Below are positions 38,490 through 48,160 of a stretch of DNA of 64,000 nt, in pieces. Positions within the stretch are counted from its first letter, which is position 1. Every line of letters begins with the position of its first letter. The position numbers and the translations under genes are program-made. The notes under the pieces were generated by a model. The model saw nothing but the letters and a program-made list of their open reading frames with translations. It did not search any database and was not told where the DNA came from. Source of the stretch: an uncultured Eubacteriales bacterium (GTDB taxonomy: Bacteria > Bacillota > Clostridia > Oscillospirales > CAG-382); NCBI GenBank assembly GCA_934446675.1, contig CAKSEL010000002.1, positions 44,386 to 108,385 on the forward strand, written 5' to 3'.

Positions 38490-39863
38490 ATGAAAATGTG
38501 GCAGGGACGGTTCAAAAAGGAAGAGGACGAAAGCGTAAACGACTTCAACTCCTCGATCTCCTTTGACAGCCGTATGTACAAAGAGGACATCACGGGTAGC
38601 ATTGCTCACGCAAGAATGCTCGGAAACACGGGTATTATCGACAAGGACGAAAGCTTAAAAATAATCGACGGTCTGAAAGGAATTCTCTCGGACATAGAGA
38701 GCGGAAAGCTTGAGTTTGATCCCAAGGCGGAGGACATTCATATGTTCGTCGAGCAGGTGCTTACGGAACGCATAGGCGACGCCGGAAAACGGCTTCACAC
38801 CTCGCGCAGCAGAAACGATCAGGTTGCTCTCGACACAAGAATGTATCTTCTCGGTCAGATAGACGAGGTAACGGCGCTTATAAAAAATCTATCCCACGTC
38901 ATAATCGAAAAGGCAAAATCAAATACCTCGACGGTTATGCCCGGATACACCCATCTCCAGCGCGCACAGCCGGTCACTCTCGCACATCAGCTGCTTGCGT
39001 ATGCACAGATGTTAAAGCGCGACGTGCAGCGTCTTTGCGACTGCCGCGAAAGAACAAACATAATGCCTCTCGGCTCCTGCGCTCTTGCCGGTACCACCTA
39101 CCCTATCGACAGGCTTTCGGTTGCGGACGAACTCGGATTTTCCGGCGTTACGCAGAACAGCATAGACGGGGTTTCCGACAGGGATTTCGTGCTTGAACTC
39201 GCATTCTGCCTGTCGGCTGTCATGATGCACCTTTCAAGATTTTCCGAAGAAGTAATACTCTGGTGCAGCAGCGAATTCGGATTTATGGAGCTTGACGACG
39301 CATTCGCAACGGGTTCGTCAATAATGCCCCAGAAGAAAAACCCCGATATTGCCGAGCTTGTACGCGGCAAGACAGGACGCGTTTACGGTTCTCTCATGAC
39401 TCTGCTCACCGTTATGAAAGGACTTCCGCTTGCCTACAACAAGGATATGCAGGAGGACAAGGAAGCAATATTTGACGCTCTCGACAACACAAAGCTCTGT
39501 CTTGAAATATTCGCAAAAATGCTTGACACCGCGTCATTCCGCACGGAAAAACTACGTGCCGCTGCGGGATTCGGATTTATAAACGCTACCGACTGCGCGG
39601 ATTATCTTGTCAAAAAGGGTATGCCGTTCAGACAGGCCTACAAGATCGTCGGCGAGCTTGTTGCGGTATGCATAGAAAAGAACACGACGTTTGAAAAACT
39701 GCCGATCGAAGAATACAGGAAAGTATCCGACGTATTTGACGGAGGAGTATATGCGGCAGTCGACCTTGACGCCTGCGTAAACGGCAGAAGCGTTATCGGA
39801 GGTCCCGCAGAGAGCGCGGTAAAGGCACAGATAGCGGAACTTGAAAGCTTTTTCAAAGATTAA
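38490..39863 (+). CDS. argH: Argininosuccinate lyase
   Basis: 457 aa. Fumarate-lyase signature GSSIMPQKKNPD. Confidence 0.93.
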   Translation: MKMWQGRFKKEEDESVNDFNSSISFDSRMYKEDITGSIAHARMLGNTGIIDKDESLKIIDGLKGILSDIESGKLEFDPKAEDIHMFVEQVLTERIGDAGKRLHTSRSRNDQVALDTRMYLLGQIDEVTALIKNLSHVIIEKAKSNTSTVMPGYTHLQRAQPVTLAHQLLAYAQMLKRDVQRLCDCRERTNIMPLGSCALAGTTYPIDRLSVADELGFSGVTQNSIDGVSDRDFVLELAFCLSAVMMHLSRFSEEVILWCSSEFGFMELDDAFATGSSIMPQKKNPDIAELVRGKTGRVYGSLMTLLTVMKGLPLAYNKDMQEDKEAIFDALDNTKLCLEIFAKMLDTASFRTEKLRAAAGFGFINATDCADYLVKKGMPFRQAYKIVGELVAVCIEKNTTFEKLPIEEYRKVSDVFDGGVYAAVDLDACVNGRSVIGGPAESAVKAQIAELESFFKD

Positions 39864-39876
39864 GGAGGGCGGTTTT

Positions 39877-40920
39877 ATGAGCGACACAAAGAAAATAAAC
39901 GCCGGTATAATCGGCGCGACGGGATATGCGGGCTGCGAGCTTTTCAGACTGCTTACCTGTCACAAAAACGTAAACATAAGCGCGGTATCCTCTTCAAGCT
40001 TTGAGGGAAAACAGCTTTCCGAAATATATCCGGCTCTCTCGGGCAAAGGCGACATGTTTCTCTGCGGCATGGACGAGGTTATAGAAAAATCCGACGTCAT
40101 CTTTGCGGCTCTTCCGCACGGACTTTCGGAACCTCTTGCCGAAAAATGCATATCGGCAGGCAAAGTGCTTATAGATCTCGGCGCGGATTTCAGGCTTTAC
40201 GACAAAGACGACTACAAAAAGTGGTACGGACTTGATTTCAAATATCCGTCCTTACACAAAAAAGCGCTCTACTGTCTGCCCGAAATAAACAGGGACAAGA
40301 TCAAAAGCGTCGATATAATCGCAAATCCCGGCTGCTATCCGACAAGCATTGCTCTCGGACTTATGCCGGTGCTCAAAAACGGTCTTTGCTTTACGGACAG
40401 CATTATAATTGACTCAAAGAGCGGCGTTACGGGCGCCGGACGTTCTCTCACCCAGAACACTCACTATCCCGACGCAAACGAGGCTTTCTCGGCTTACAAG
40501 GCAGGTCTTCACAGACATACTCCCGAAATCGAACAGACATTGAGCATTCTTTCGGGCAAGGAAATAAACGTCACCTTTGTTCCTCATCTGCTGCCGGTAA
40601 ACCGCGGTATTCTCTCGACAATATACATAAAGACAAACAGGAATTTTGACGAAATATACAGCTGCTACAAAGAAGCTTACAAAGATGAAAAATTCGTGCG
40701 CGTAATGCCGCAGAACTCATATGCAAACATCAAAAACGTAAGAATGTCAAACTACTGCGACATATCTCTGCATTTTGACGCGCACACTTCCACGCTTATA
40801 ATCACAAGCGCGATAGACAACATGGTCAAAGGCGCTGCCGGACAGGCAATACAGAACATGAACATACGCTTCGGCTTTGACGAGGACGAGGCTCTGACCA
40901 TGCTTGCGCCATCTTTCTGA
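39877..40920 (+). CDS. argC: N-acetyl-gamma-glutamyl-phosphate reductase
   Basis: Start MSDTKKINAGIIGATGYAG after aaggaggg. Active-site region NPGCYPT. Confidence 0.92.
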   Translation: MSDTKKINAGIIGATGYAGCELFRLLTCHKNVNISAVSSSSFEGKQLSEIYPALSGKGDMFLCGMDEVIEKSDVIFAALPHGLSEPLAEKCISAGKVLIDLGADFRLYDKDDYKKWYGLDFKYPSLHKKALYCLPEINRDKIKSVDIIANPGCYPTSIALGLMPVLKNGLCFTDSIIIDSKSGVTGAGRSLTQNTHYPDANEAFSAYKAGLHRHTPEIEQTLSILSGKEINVTFVPHLLPVNRGILSTIYIKTNRNFDEIYSCYKEAYKDEKFVRVMPQNSYANIKNVRMSNYCDISLHFDAHTSTLIITSAIDNMVKGAAGQAIQNMNIRFGFDEDEALTMLAPSF

Positions 40921-40937
40921 CAAACGGGGTGAATAAT

Positions 40938-42176
40938 ATGAACGAAACAAAGATAAAACGCGCAGAAGGCGGTGTTACATATCCTCTGGGCTTTAAGGCT
41001 TCGGGTATACACTGCGGACTTCGCAAAAACAAGAACAAAAAGGATCTTGCTCTCATACTTGCCGATACAGAGTGCGACGCCGCCGCAATCTACACAACGA
41101 ACAAGGTATACGGCGCACCCATAAAGGTAACGAGAGCGCACCTCGAAAACGGAAAGGCGCGCGCCGTCATATGCAACAGCGGAAACGCCAACACCTGCAA
41201 TCCCGACGGCGTTGAAAAGGCGCAAACCATGTGCAAGGCTCTTTCCGAAAAGCTCGGAATCGACGAAAACGACGTCGTTGTAGCCTCCACCGGCGTAATA
41301 GGTCAGACGCTTGACGTACAGCCCATAATAAACGGCATACCGACGCTTATTTCGGAGCTTGACAGCTCGCCCGAAGCAGGCTACTGCGCCGCAGCCGCAA
41401 TAATGACCACCGACACAAGGCTCAAACAGATCGCTGCCGAGATCACGCTTTCGGGAAAGACCGTAAAAATAGGCGGAATGGCAAAGGGTTCGGGCATGAT
41501 AAGTCCCAACATGGCGACAATGCTCTGCTTTATAACGACAGACGCCGACATTGATTATACCGTGCTTCGTCCTCTGCTCAAAGAGGTTGCCGACAAGACC
41601 TTTAACATGATAAGCGTAGACGGCGACACAAGCACCAACGACACGCTCTGTGTTCTCGCGTCCGGAAAAGCCGGGAACGCACGCATAACGCAGCAGAACG
41701 GAGAGGACTACGAAAACTTTAAGGCAGGACTTGAGTACATATGCAAATATCTTGCGCGCAAAATGGCTGCCGACGGAGAGGGCGCGACAAAGCTGCTTGA
41801 ATGTAAGATACGCGGCTGCTCGGATTATCAGAAAGCGCGCGTGCTTGCAAAATCCGTAATAAATTCTCCGCTTGTAAAAACGGCTATGTTCGGTTCCGAC
41901 GCAAACTGGGGACGCGTACTCTGCGCTCTCGGCTATGCAGGAGTTGAATTCGATCCGGAAAAGGTTGAGGTAAACTTTATATCAAATTCCGGCGAAATAA
42001 ACGTCTGCAAAAACGGCGGAAACGTAAACTTCGACGAGGACAAGGCTAAAACCGTTCTCAGCGCAGACGCGGTTACCATCGATGTGGATATGCACGAGGG
42101 CGACAGCACTGCAACAGCATTCGGCTGCGATTTAAGCTACGAATATGTGCGCATAAACGGCGACTACCGCTCATAA
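40938..42176 (+). CDS. argJ: Bifunctional ornithine acetyltransferase/N-acetylglutamate synthase
   Basis: ArgJ autoprocessing site region (ATMLCFITTDA). About 412 aa. Confidence 0.92.
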   Translation: MNETKIKRAEGGVTYPLGFKASGIHCGLRKNKNKKDLALILADTECDAAAIYTTNKVYGAPIKVTRAHLENGKARAVICNSGNANTCNPDGVEKAQTMCKALSEKLGIDENDVVVASTGVIGQTLDVQPIINGIPTLISELDSSPEAGYCAAAAIMTTDTRLKQIAAEITLSGKTVKIGGMAKGSGMISPNMATMLCFITTDADIDYTVLRPLLKEVADKTFNMISVDGDTSTNDTLCVLASGKAGNARITQQNGEDYENFKAGLEYICKYLARKMAADGEGATKLLECKIRGCSDYQKARVLAKSVINSPLVKTAMFGSDANWGRVLCALGYAGVEFDPEKVEVNFISNSGEINVCKNGGNVNFDEDKAKTVLSADAVTIDVDMHEGDSTATAFGCDLSYEYVRINGDYRS

Positions 42177-42204
42177 ATTATTTTTTGCGAAAGGCAGCAC
42201 TTCT

Positions 42205-43074
42205 ATGTTTATCTCAAATATCGACAAGGCAAAGGTACTTATCCAGGCTCTGCCTTACATACAGGAATACTACGGAAAGACCGTCGTTGTAAAGTACGGC
42301 GGAAACGCAATGACAAACGACGGTTTAAAGCAGGCGGTAATATCCGACCTTGTACTGCTTAAGCTCGTCGGAATAAACGTCGTTCTGGTACACGGCGGCG
42401 GCCCCGAAATATCGTCAATGCTTGACAGGCTCGGCGTTGAAACCAAGTTTATAAACGGTCTGAGATACACCTCGGACGAGGCGGTTGAAGTCGTACAGAT
42501 GGTACTTGCCGGAAAGACAAACAAGGATCTTGTAAACAAGATAAACGCAATCGGCGGCAGCGCCGTCGGTCTTTCGGGCATAGACGGAGGTCTTATAAAG
42601 GCTAAAAAGCTCTCGGACGGCATAAACGATTTCGGAAACGTAGGAGAAATAGTCGAAGTCAACACAAAAATCGTGACCGACAACATAAAAAACGGATTTA
42701 TTCCCGTAATCGCGACGGTTGCGACGGGCTGCGACGGTGAAAGCCCCGTATACAACATAAACGCAGACACTGCGGCTGCCGAAATTGCAATAGCTCTCGG
42801 CGCGGAAAAGCTTATTCTGCTTACCGACATAAAGGGGCTTATGAGAGACGTAAAGGACGAGGATTCGCTTATATCCGTCGTTAAGCTTTCGGAAATAGAA
42901 ACGCTGAAAGCAGAGGGTATAATCAAGGGCGGCATGATTCCCAAAGTTGACTGCTGCGCTCAAACCGTAAAAAACGGCGTAAAGCGCGCCCACATAATCG
43001 ACGGCAGACTGCTCCACTCGATACTCATAGAAATGCTTTCCGACGAAGGTATCGGAACAATGTTTACCGAATAA
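42205..43074 (+). CDS. argB: Acetylglutamate kinase
   Basis: VVKYGGNAM and VLVHGGGP motifs. Confidence 0.93.
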   Translation: MFISNIDKAKVLIQALPYIQEYYGKTVVVKYGGNAMTNDGLKQAVISDLVLLKLVGINVVLVHGGGPEISSMLDRLGVETKFINGLRYTSDEAVEVVQMVLAGKTNKDLVNKINAIGGSAVGLSGIDGGLIKAKKLSDGINDFGNVGEIVEVNTKIVTDNIKNGFIPVIATVATGCDGESPVYNINADTAAAEIAIALGAEKLILLTDIKGLMRDVKDEDSLISVVKLSEIETLKAEGIIKGGMIPKVDCCAQTVKNGVKRAHIIDGRLLHSILIEMLSDEGIGTMFTE

Positions 43075-43107
43075 AACAAGCTTACGTTATTTAAAGAGAA
43101 GTTGAAT

Positions 43108-44283
43108 ATGAATACAAAAGAACTTGATCAGAAATACATAATGTCAACATATTCGCGCCACGAGCCGGTTATAGGCCATGCAAAGGGCTGCGTACTGTAC
43201 GGCGAGGACGGAAAAGAGTATCTCGATTTCGGCAGCGGCATAGGAACGCTCAGTCTCGGTTCCTGCGACGGCGGTTACATTTCGGCTGTCACGGCGCAGC
43301 TTGAAAAAACTCAGCACGTTTCAAACTACTTTGCAAGCGCTCCAGCCTCCCATCTTGCCGAAAAGCTCATGACGCTTACCGGATATTCCAAAGTCTTTTT
43401 CTGCAACTCCGGTGCCGAAGCCAACGAATGTGCTATAAAAATTGCGCGAAAATACAGCTTTGACAAGTACGGCAAAAACAGAAACACCATAATCACCTTT
43501 GACAAGTCGTTTCACGGCAGAACCGTAACCACTCTTTCCGCAACGGGTCAGGACGTTTTTCACAACTACTTTTTCCCGTTTACAGAAGGTTTCAGATACT
43601 GCGAATTCAACAGCAAAGACGCCCTTAAAGCTGCGCTTACCGACGATGTTTGTGCCGTCATGTTCGAGTGCATACAGGGCGAAGGCGGCGTAAACGTCAT
43701 GGACGGCGATTTTGCGGCGTTTATGAAAGAACAGTGCGAAAAGCGCGACATACTGCTTGTATGCGACGAGGTTCAGACCGGCGTCGGAAGAACCGGAACG
43801 CTGTATTCGTTTGAATCTTTCGGAATAAGACCCGACATTTTCACAAGCGCAAAAGGTCTTGCGGGCGGACTTCCGATAGGCGCTGCGATAGTCGGTGAAA
43901 AGTGTGCGGACGTTCTCACGCGCGGAACTCACGGCTCGACTTTCGGCGCAAATCCCGTTTCATGCGCCGCGGCGAACTACGTTATCTCAAAAATAAGCGA
44001 AAAAAGTTTTCTTGAAAACGTAAATAAGAACGGCGAATATCTCAAAAACGCACTTTCAAAGATCGGCGGCAGCAAAAATCTCGGCGTCCGCGGCAAAGGG
44101 CTTATGCTCGGCATAAAAACAAGCGTTCCTACGTCGGAATTTGCCGACAAGGCTCTCGAAAACGGATTATTTGTACTCACAGCCGGAAAAGACGTTATAA
44201 GAATTCTGCCTCCGCTTGTTATAACCAAAGAGGAGATCGACAAGGGCGTCGCTATTCTCGAAAAAACCTTCTCTCAATTCTGA
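43108..44283 (+). CDS. argD: Acetylornithine aminotransferase
   Basis: Class III aminotransferase. CDEVQTGVGRTG and FTSAKGLAGG (PLP lysine). Confidence 0.9.
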   Translation: MNTKELDQKYIMSTYSRHEPVIGHAKGCVLYGEDGKEYLDFGSGIGTLSLGSCDGGYISAVTAQLEKTQHVSNYFASAPASHLAEKLMTLTGYSKVFFCNSGAEANECAIKIARKYSFDKYGKNRNTIITFDKSFHGRTVTTLSATGQDVFHNYFFPFTEGFRYCEFNSKDALKAALTDDVCAVMFECIQGEGGVNVMDGDFAAFMKEQCEKRDILLVCDEVQTGVGRTGTLYSFESFGIRPDIFTSAKGLAGGLPIGAAIVGEKCADVLTRGTHGSTFGANPVSCAAANYVISKISEKSFLENVNKNGEYLKNALSKIGGSKNLGVRGKGLMLGIKTSVPTSEFADKALENGLFVLTAGKDVIRILPPLVITKEEIDKGVAILEKTFSQF

Positions 44284-44307
44284 AAAACTCAAAAGGAAGA
44301 TATAAAG

Positions 44308-45216
44308 ATGAAAAAAGACTTACTTAAAATGCAGGATCTTTCCAAAGACGAGCTTATGAACTTGCTTGAGCTTGCGGAAAAGCTGAAATACGAAAAAAAA
44401 CACGGAATACCGCATGAAATTTTAAAGGGCAAAACCCTCGGCATGATTTTTGAAAAATCCTCGACGAGAACCCGTGTATCCTTTGAAACCGGCATTTATC
44501 AGCTCGGCGGAACAGGTTTATTTTTAAGCTCCAAGGAAACTCAGCTCGGCAGAGGAGAGCCTATAAAGGACACTGCGCGCGTACTTTCACGTTATCTTGA
44601 CGGAATCATGATACGCACTTTCGGTCAGGAGATCGTCGAAGAGCTTGCGGAATATGCGTCGATCCCCATAATAAACGCGCTTACGGACTATGCGCACCCG
44701 TGTCAGGTCCTTGCGGACTTACTTACGATAAAAGAATACAAGGGCGGATTTGACGGCAAAAAGATGTGCTTTATCGGCGACGGAAACAACATGGCAAATT
44801 CTCTTATCGTCGGCGGACTGCTTGCCGGAATGGACGTTGCGGTTGCAACACCGGAAGATTACCGTCCGGACAAGTCTGTTCTTGACTTTGCCGCAAAATA
44901 CGGTTCAAAGTTTACGCTTACGACAAGTATTACCGACGCCGCGCGCGATTCCGACGCCGTATTTACCGACGTATGGTCGAGCATGGGCATGGAAAGCGAA
45001 ATTGAAAAGAGAAAGAAAGATTTTGCCGGATTCCAGATAAATGACGAAGTCATGGCAGCCGCAAACAAGGGTGCTATCGTTCAGCACTGTCTGCCGGCTC
45101 ACCGCGGAGAAGAAATCACAGCAGAGGTCTTTGAGGCTCATGCAAACGAGATATTTGACGAGGCTGAAAACAGACTTCATGCGCAGAAAGCCGTTATGGC
45201 AACGCTGATGAAGTGA
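44308..45216 (+). CDS. argF: Ornithine carbamoyltransferase
   Basis: STRTR, HPCQ and HCLPA motifs. Confidence 0.93.
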   Translation: MKKDLLKMQDLSKDELMNLLELAEKLKYEKKHGIPHEILKGKTLGMIFEKSSTRTRVSFETGIYQLGGTGLFLSSKETQLGRGEPIKDTARVLSRYLDGIMIRTFGQEIVEELAEYASIPIINALTDYAHPCQVLADLLTIKEYKGGFDGKKMCFIGDGNNMANSLIVGGLLAGMDVAVATPEDYRPDKSVLDFAAKYGSKFTLTTSITDAARDSDAVFTDVWSSMGMESEIEKRKKDFAGFQINDEVMAAANKGAIVQHCLPAHRGEEITAEVFEAHANEIFDEAENRLHAQKAVMATLMK

Positions 45217-45256
45217 CGCTGCGCTGAGCACGGTTTGGGAGCGGCTGTGTTTTTAT

Positions 45257-45660
45257 TGGTTTGGGGGGAAACGGGAAATTCTCTTCAAAGTGCAACTTTG
45301 TACTGACGCTTTTCTACGGAGAAAAGCGGTCGAAAAGCCGTTCGCGGCTCAGACGCCGCCGCGAAAGCGTGGCTTTATTTTCCACACAAAATTGTATCGT
45401 CGGTAAAAGTCTTATTACCTCCGAAATTCTCTATTTTCGCTCGCAGACGCTCCGCGCTGCTCGATGGGGTTGGTATCTAAATATAGTTTTGATCGACACG
45501 GTTCAACTTTTATGCCATGTCACGTTGCGGTCTGCGTAAACTTTGTTTTAGGCTCAAACGTGCAATTTTTATGCGTTATTACACAGTCAACAGGACTTAT
45601 TTTTGTGCCCAGCTTGCCTATCGGCAAGAAACTTGGTTCAAATGTTACTTTTGTGTTTGG
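45257..45660 (+). repeat. Repeat element copy B1 (~400 nt)
   Basis: The 3' ~200 nt is near-identical to 3487-3690. The 5' part shares the 26-mer hairpin with A2 (3188-3213). Confidence 0.85.
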
Positions 45661-45780
45661 CTGAGTTATGCTTGGTTTGGGCGAAAACAGGTGACTTTCT
45701 TCAAAGTGCGACTTTGTATCTCCGCTTTGTCTTTGTAAGCGCGGTTCAGTGCGATTTAGTGCAGAACTGTATTCTTATCC
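45661..45780 (+). repeat. Repeat element copy B2 (5' fragment)
   Basis: ttggtttgggcgaaaacaggtgactttcttcaaagtgcgactttgta parallels the start of B1. Confidence 0.6.
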
Positions 45781-46166
45781 AACCAAACATAAAAGTAAAA
45801 TTCAGCCGTAGTCATCTCGCGACAGCGAGCTGGGCAGAAAAATAAGTCCTGTTGACTGCTTGAATATATTAAAAATGACACTTGCGCCAAAATAGTTTGG
45901 TTTTGTACAGAACCCCATATCCGCGCGCCTGTCGCGCGGCGATTTCGCAACACAACCTCGTAGACAATGCGAAATGAGGATTTTGTGGTTTTCGGAGGCG
46001 CAGTTAGTTGCGGTAGGCGAAATCCTCCACGTAGCCGCGCTTTCGCTGCGGCGTTTGAGCGGCGAAAATCTTTTGTCCACCTTTTCGATTCCGAAAAGTC
46101 GGTGAATAGACTTGCAAGTGGAAGTGGATAATCTGTTTTAGCCAAAGACAGGCAAAAATCCGCCAA
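45781..46166 (-). repeat. Repeat element copy B3 (inverted, shorter internal segment)
   Basis: Its reverse complement aligns to A1 and A3 over the 5' ~250 nt and to the 3' cagtcaacaggacttatttttctgcccag...tacttttatgttt end. Confidence 0.85.
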
Positions 46167-46188
46167 GCGCAAAAAAATAAGCACCCCG

Positions 46189-46539
46189 TCAAGTAAGGTG
46201 CTTGTCATAGTAAACCGTAAAAGTTTTTTGTTCGGAGGAATTAAGCTCCGTTCCGGAAAAAACCGCGCCGTCAAGGCTCATAAACTCCCAGACTGATAAT
46301 TCGTCAATTCTGAACCTGAACGCGCTCGACACGCCAAACGTCAGCTCGATAATGCCGTCGTCAACAATGTTCAGATGTCCGTCGCGTCCGATTATCAGAT
46401 CTTCTCCGTCCGGATTCTTTATGCTTGCATATTTTACGTGCGTGTCATGCAGCTTTTTGCATATCATTCTGCTCTGCGCCGCGTTTTTGCCGCCGGACGA
46501 AAATTTCCCGAAAACCGCGGATATTATACCCATATTCAA
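46189..46539 (-). CDS. Hypothetical protein
   Basis: 116-aa ORF with coding-like composition. I recognise no family. Confidence 0.5.
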   Translation of the reverse strand: MNMGIISAVFGKFSSGGKNAAQSRMICKKLHDTHVKYASIKNPDGEDLIIGRDGHLNIVDDGIIELTFGVSSAFRFRIDELSVWEFMSLDGAVFSGTELNSSEQKTFTVYYDKHLT

Positions 46540-46702
46540 ACTATCTCCGTATCAGAAAATACGAATTTATTTTACCACAGACATTATCAATAACACAATA
46601 TATATATTGTAACATTTTTGTGCGCGGCAAATGTTTGTAGATACGTCCAAAAAAGGCGCGTTTATATGCGTCAAAGTCTACACTTCACCGATGTGCGGCT
46701 TA

Positions 46703-46731
46703 TTGACAAACACCGCGGATTATTATATAAT
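46703..46731 (+). promoter_or_regulatory. Promoter of purA
   Basis: TTGACA (46703-46708), 17-nt spacer, TATAAT (46726-46731). Confidence 0.65.
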
Positions 46732-46817
46732 AATTTGTCGGGGGCTGCGCGCAGATACGCACGCTCCGTCCGAAAAAGGAACACACAAAATATAAATTGA
46801 AAGGTGAGCTAATCAAA

Positions 46818-48098
46818 ATGCTAACTGCAATTTCAGGAATTAACTGGGGCGACGAAGGAAAGGGCCGCATGGTCGATCTTCTTTCCGAAAACGCCGACTA
46901 CGTCGTAAGATACCAGGGCGGAAACAACGCCGGCCACACCGTTATCAACGAGTACGGAGAATTCAAGCTCAATCTTCTCCCGTCGGGTATTTGCCGCAAA
47001 AACGTCGTCAACATCATGGGCAACGGAATGGTTATAGACCTTGCGCATCTTGTAGGCGAAATTGAAAGAGTCAGAGAAAAGGGCGTTTCCGTTTCTCCCG
47101 AAAATCTCAAAATAAGCGACAAAGCGACTATCGTTCTTCCCTATCATGTTCAGCTTGACATTCTTGAAGAAACCCGCCTCACACAGGTCACCGGCAAGCC
47201 CTACGGCTCTACAAGACGCGGAATAGCTCCCGTCTACGGCGACAAATACATGAAAAAGACCATCAGAATGTCCGACCTTTTCTTTGAGGACGATCTTCGC
47301 GAAAAGGTAAAAGACATCGTTACATGGAAAAATCTTCTCATTCACAACGGCTACGGTGCGGACGAAGTTAAGCCCGAGGACATAATGGACTGGCTCCACA
47401 CCTACGGCGAAAAATTAAAGCCTTACGTTACCGACGTCGGCAAAATTCTCTACGAGGCAAACAAATCCGGCAAGAGCATTATTTTCGAGGCTCAGCTCGG
47501 GGCTTTGCGCGATATTGATTTCGGTATTTATCCTTATACTTCATCATCTTCCACAATTTCGGCTTACGCTCCCATAGGCGCCGGTATTCCCGGAATGAAG
47601 CTTGACAAGAGCATAGGCATTATGAAGGCGTATTCGACTTGCGTAGGCGCAGGTCCGTTCACCGTAAGAATGTCGGGAGATGAAGCCGAAGAACTCAGAA
47701 AAGCCGGCAACGAATACGGTGCGGCAACGGGCAGACCGAGAGAAGTAGGCGCGTTTGACGTGGTTGCGTCCAAGTACGGCGTAATGCTCCAGGGTACCGA
47801 TGAGGTTGCGCTGACAAAGCTTGACGTGCTTTCGTATCTTGACAAGATTCCCGTCTGCGTTGCATACGATATTGACGGCGAAATTACAACCGATTTTCCC
47901 TGCGGAAAGCGTCTTGACATCGCAAAGCCGGTTATAAAGTACCTTGACGGCTGGAAATGCGACATTTCGGCTTGCAGAAAGCCTGAGGATCTTCCCGAAA
48001 AGGCAAGAGAGTACATTGATTTCATCTCAAAGTCCGTCGGCTGTTATATCAAATATATTTCCGTCGGCGCAAGCAGAGAGGCATATATAGAAGCATAA
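46818..48098 (+). CDS. purA: Adenylosuccinate synthase
   Basis: Start MLTAISGINWGDEGKGRMVD (P-loop GDEGKG) after aaggtga. GNNAGHT motif. Confidence 0.93.
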   Translation: MLTAISGINWGDEGKGRMVDLLSENADYVVRYQGGNNAGHTVINEYGEFKLNLLPSGICRKNVVNIMGNGMVIDLAHLVGEIERVREKGVSVSPENLKISDKATIVLPYHVQLDILEETRLTQVTGKPYGSTRRGIAPVYGDKYMKKTIRMSDLFFEDDLREKVKDIVTWKNLLIHNGYGADEVKPEDIMDWLHTYGEKLKPYVTDVGKILYEANKSGKSIIFEAQLGALRDIDFGIYPYTSSSSTISAYAPIGAGIPGMKLDKSIGIMKAYSTCVGAGPFTVRMSGDEAEELRKAGNEYGAATGRPREVGAFDVVASKYGVMLQGTDEVALTKLDVLSYLDKIPVCVAYDIDGEITTDFPCGKRLDIAKPVIKYLDGWKCDISACRKPEDLPEKAREYIDFISKSVGCYIKYISVGASREAYIEA

Positions 48099-48160
48099 CA
48101 ACAAGGGTGTTGGGGTTTTAACTTCGGCACCCTTAACTTTAAAAATACGGAGGAAAAACT

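Noticed and set aside
3690-45257. The two repeat loci as boundaries of a 42-kb mobile island.
   Set aside because: The enclosed genes are core housekeeping genes (serS, tsf, rpsB, yajC, mnmA, arg operon). There is no integrase, transposase or conjugation function.
46732-46817. Purine or ZTP riboswitch in the purA leader.
   Set aside because: The ~85-nt leader lacks the conserved purine-riboswitch loops and junction and the ZTP pseudoknot motifs. It is too short for either.
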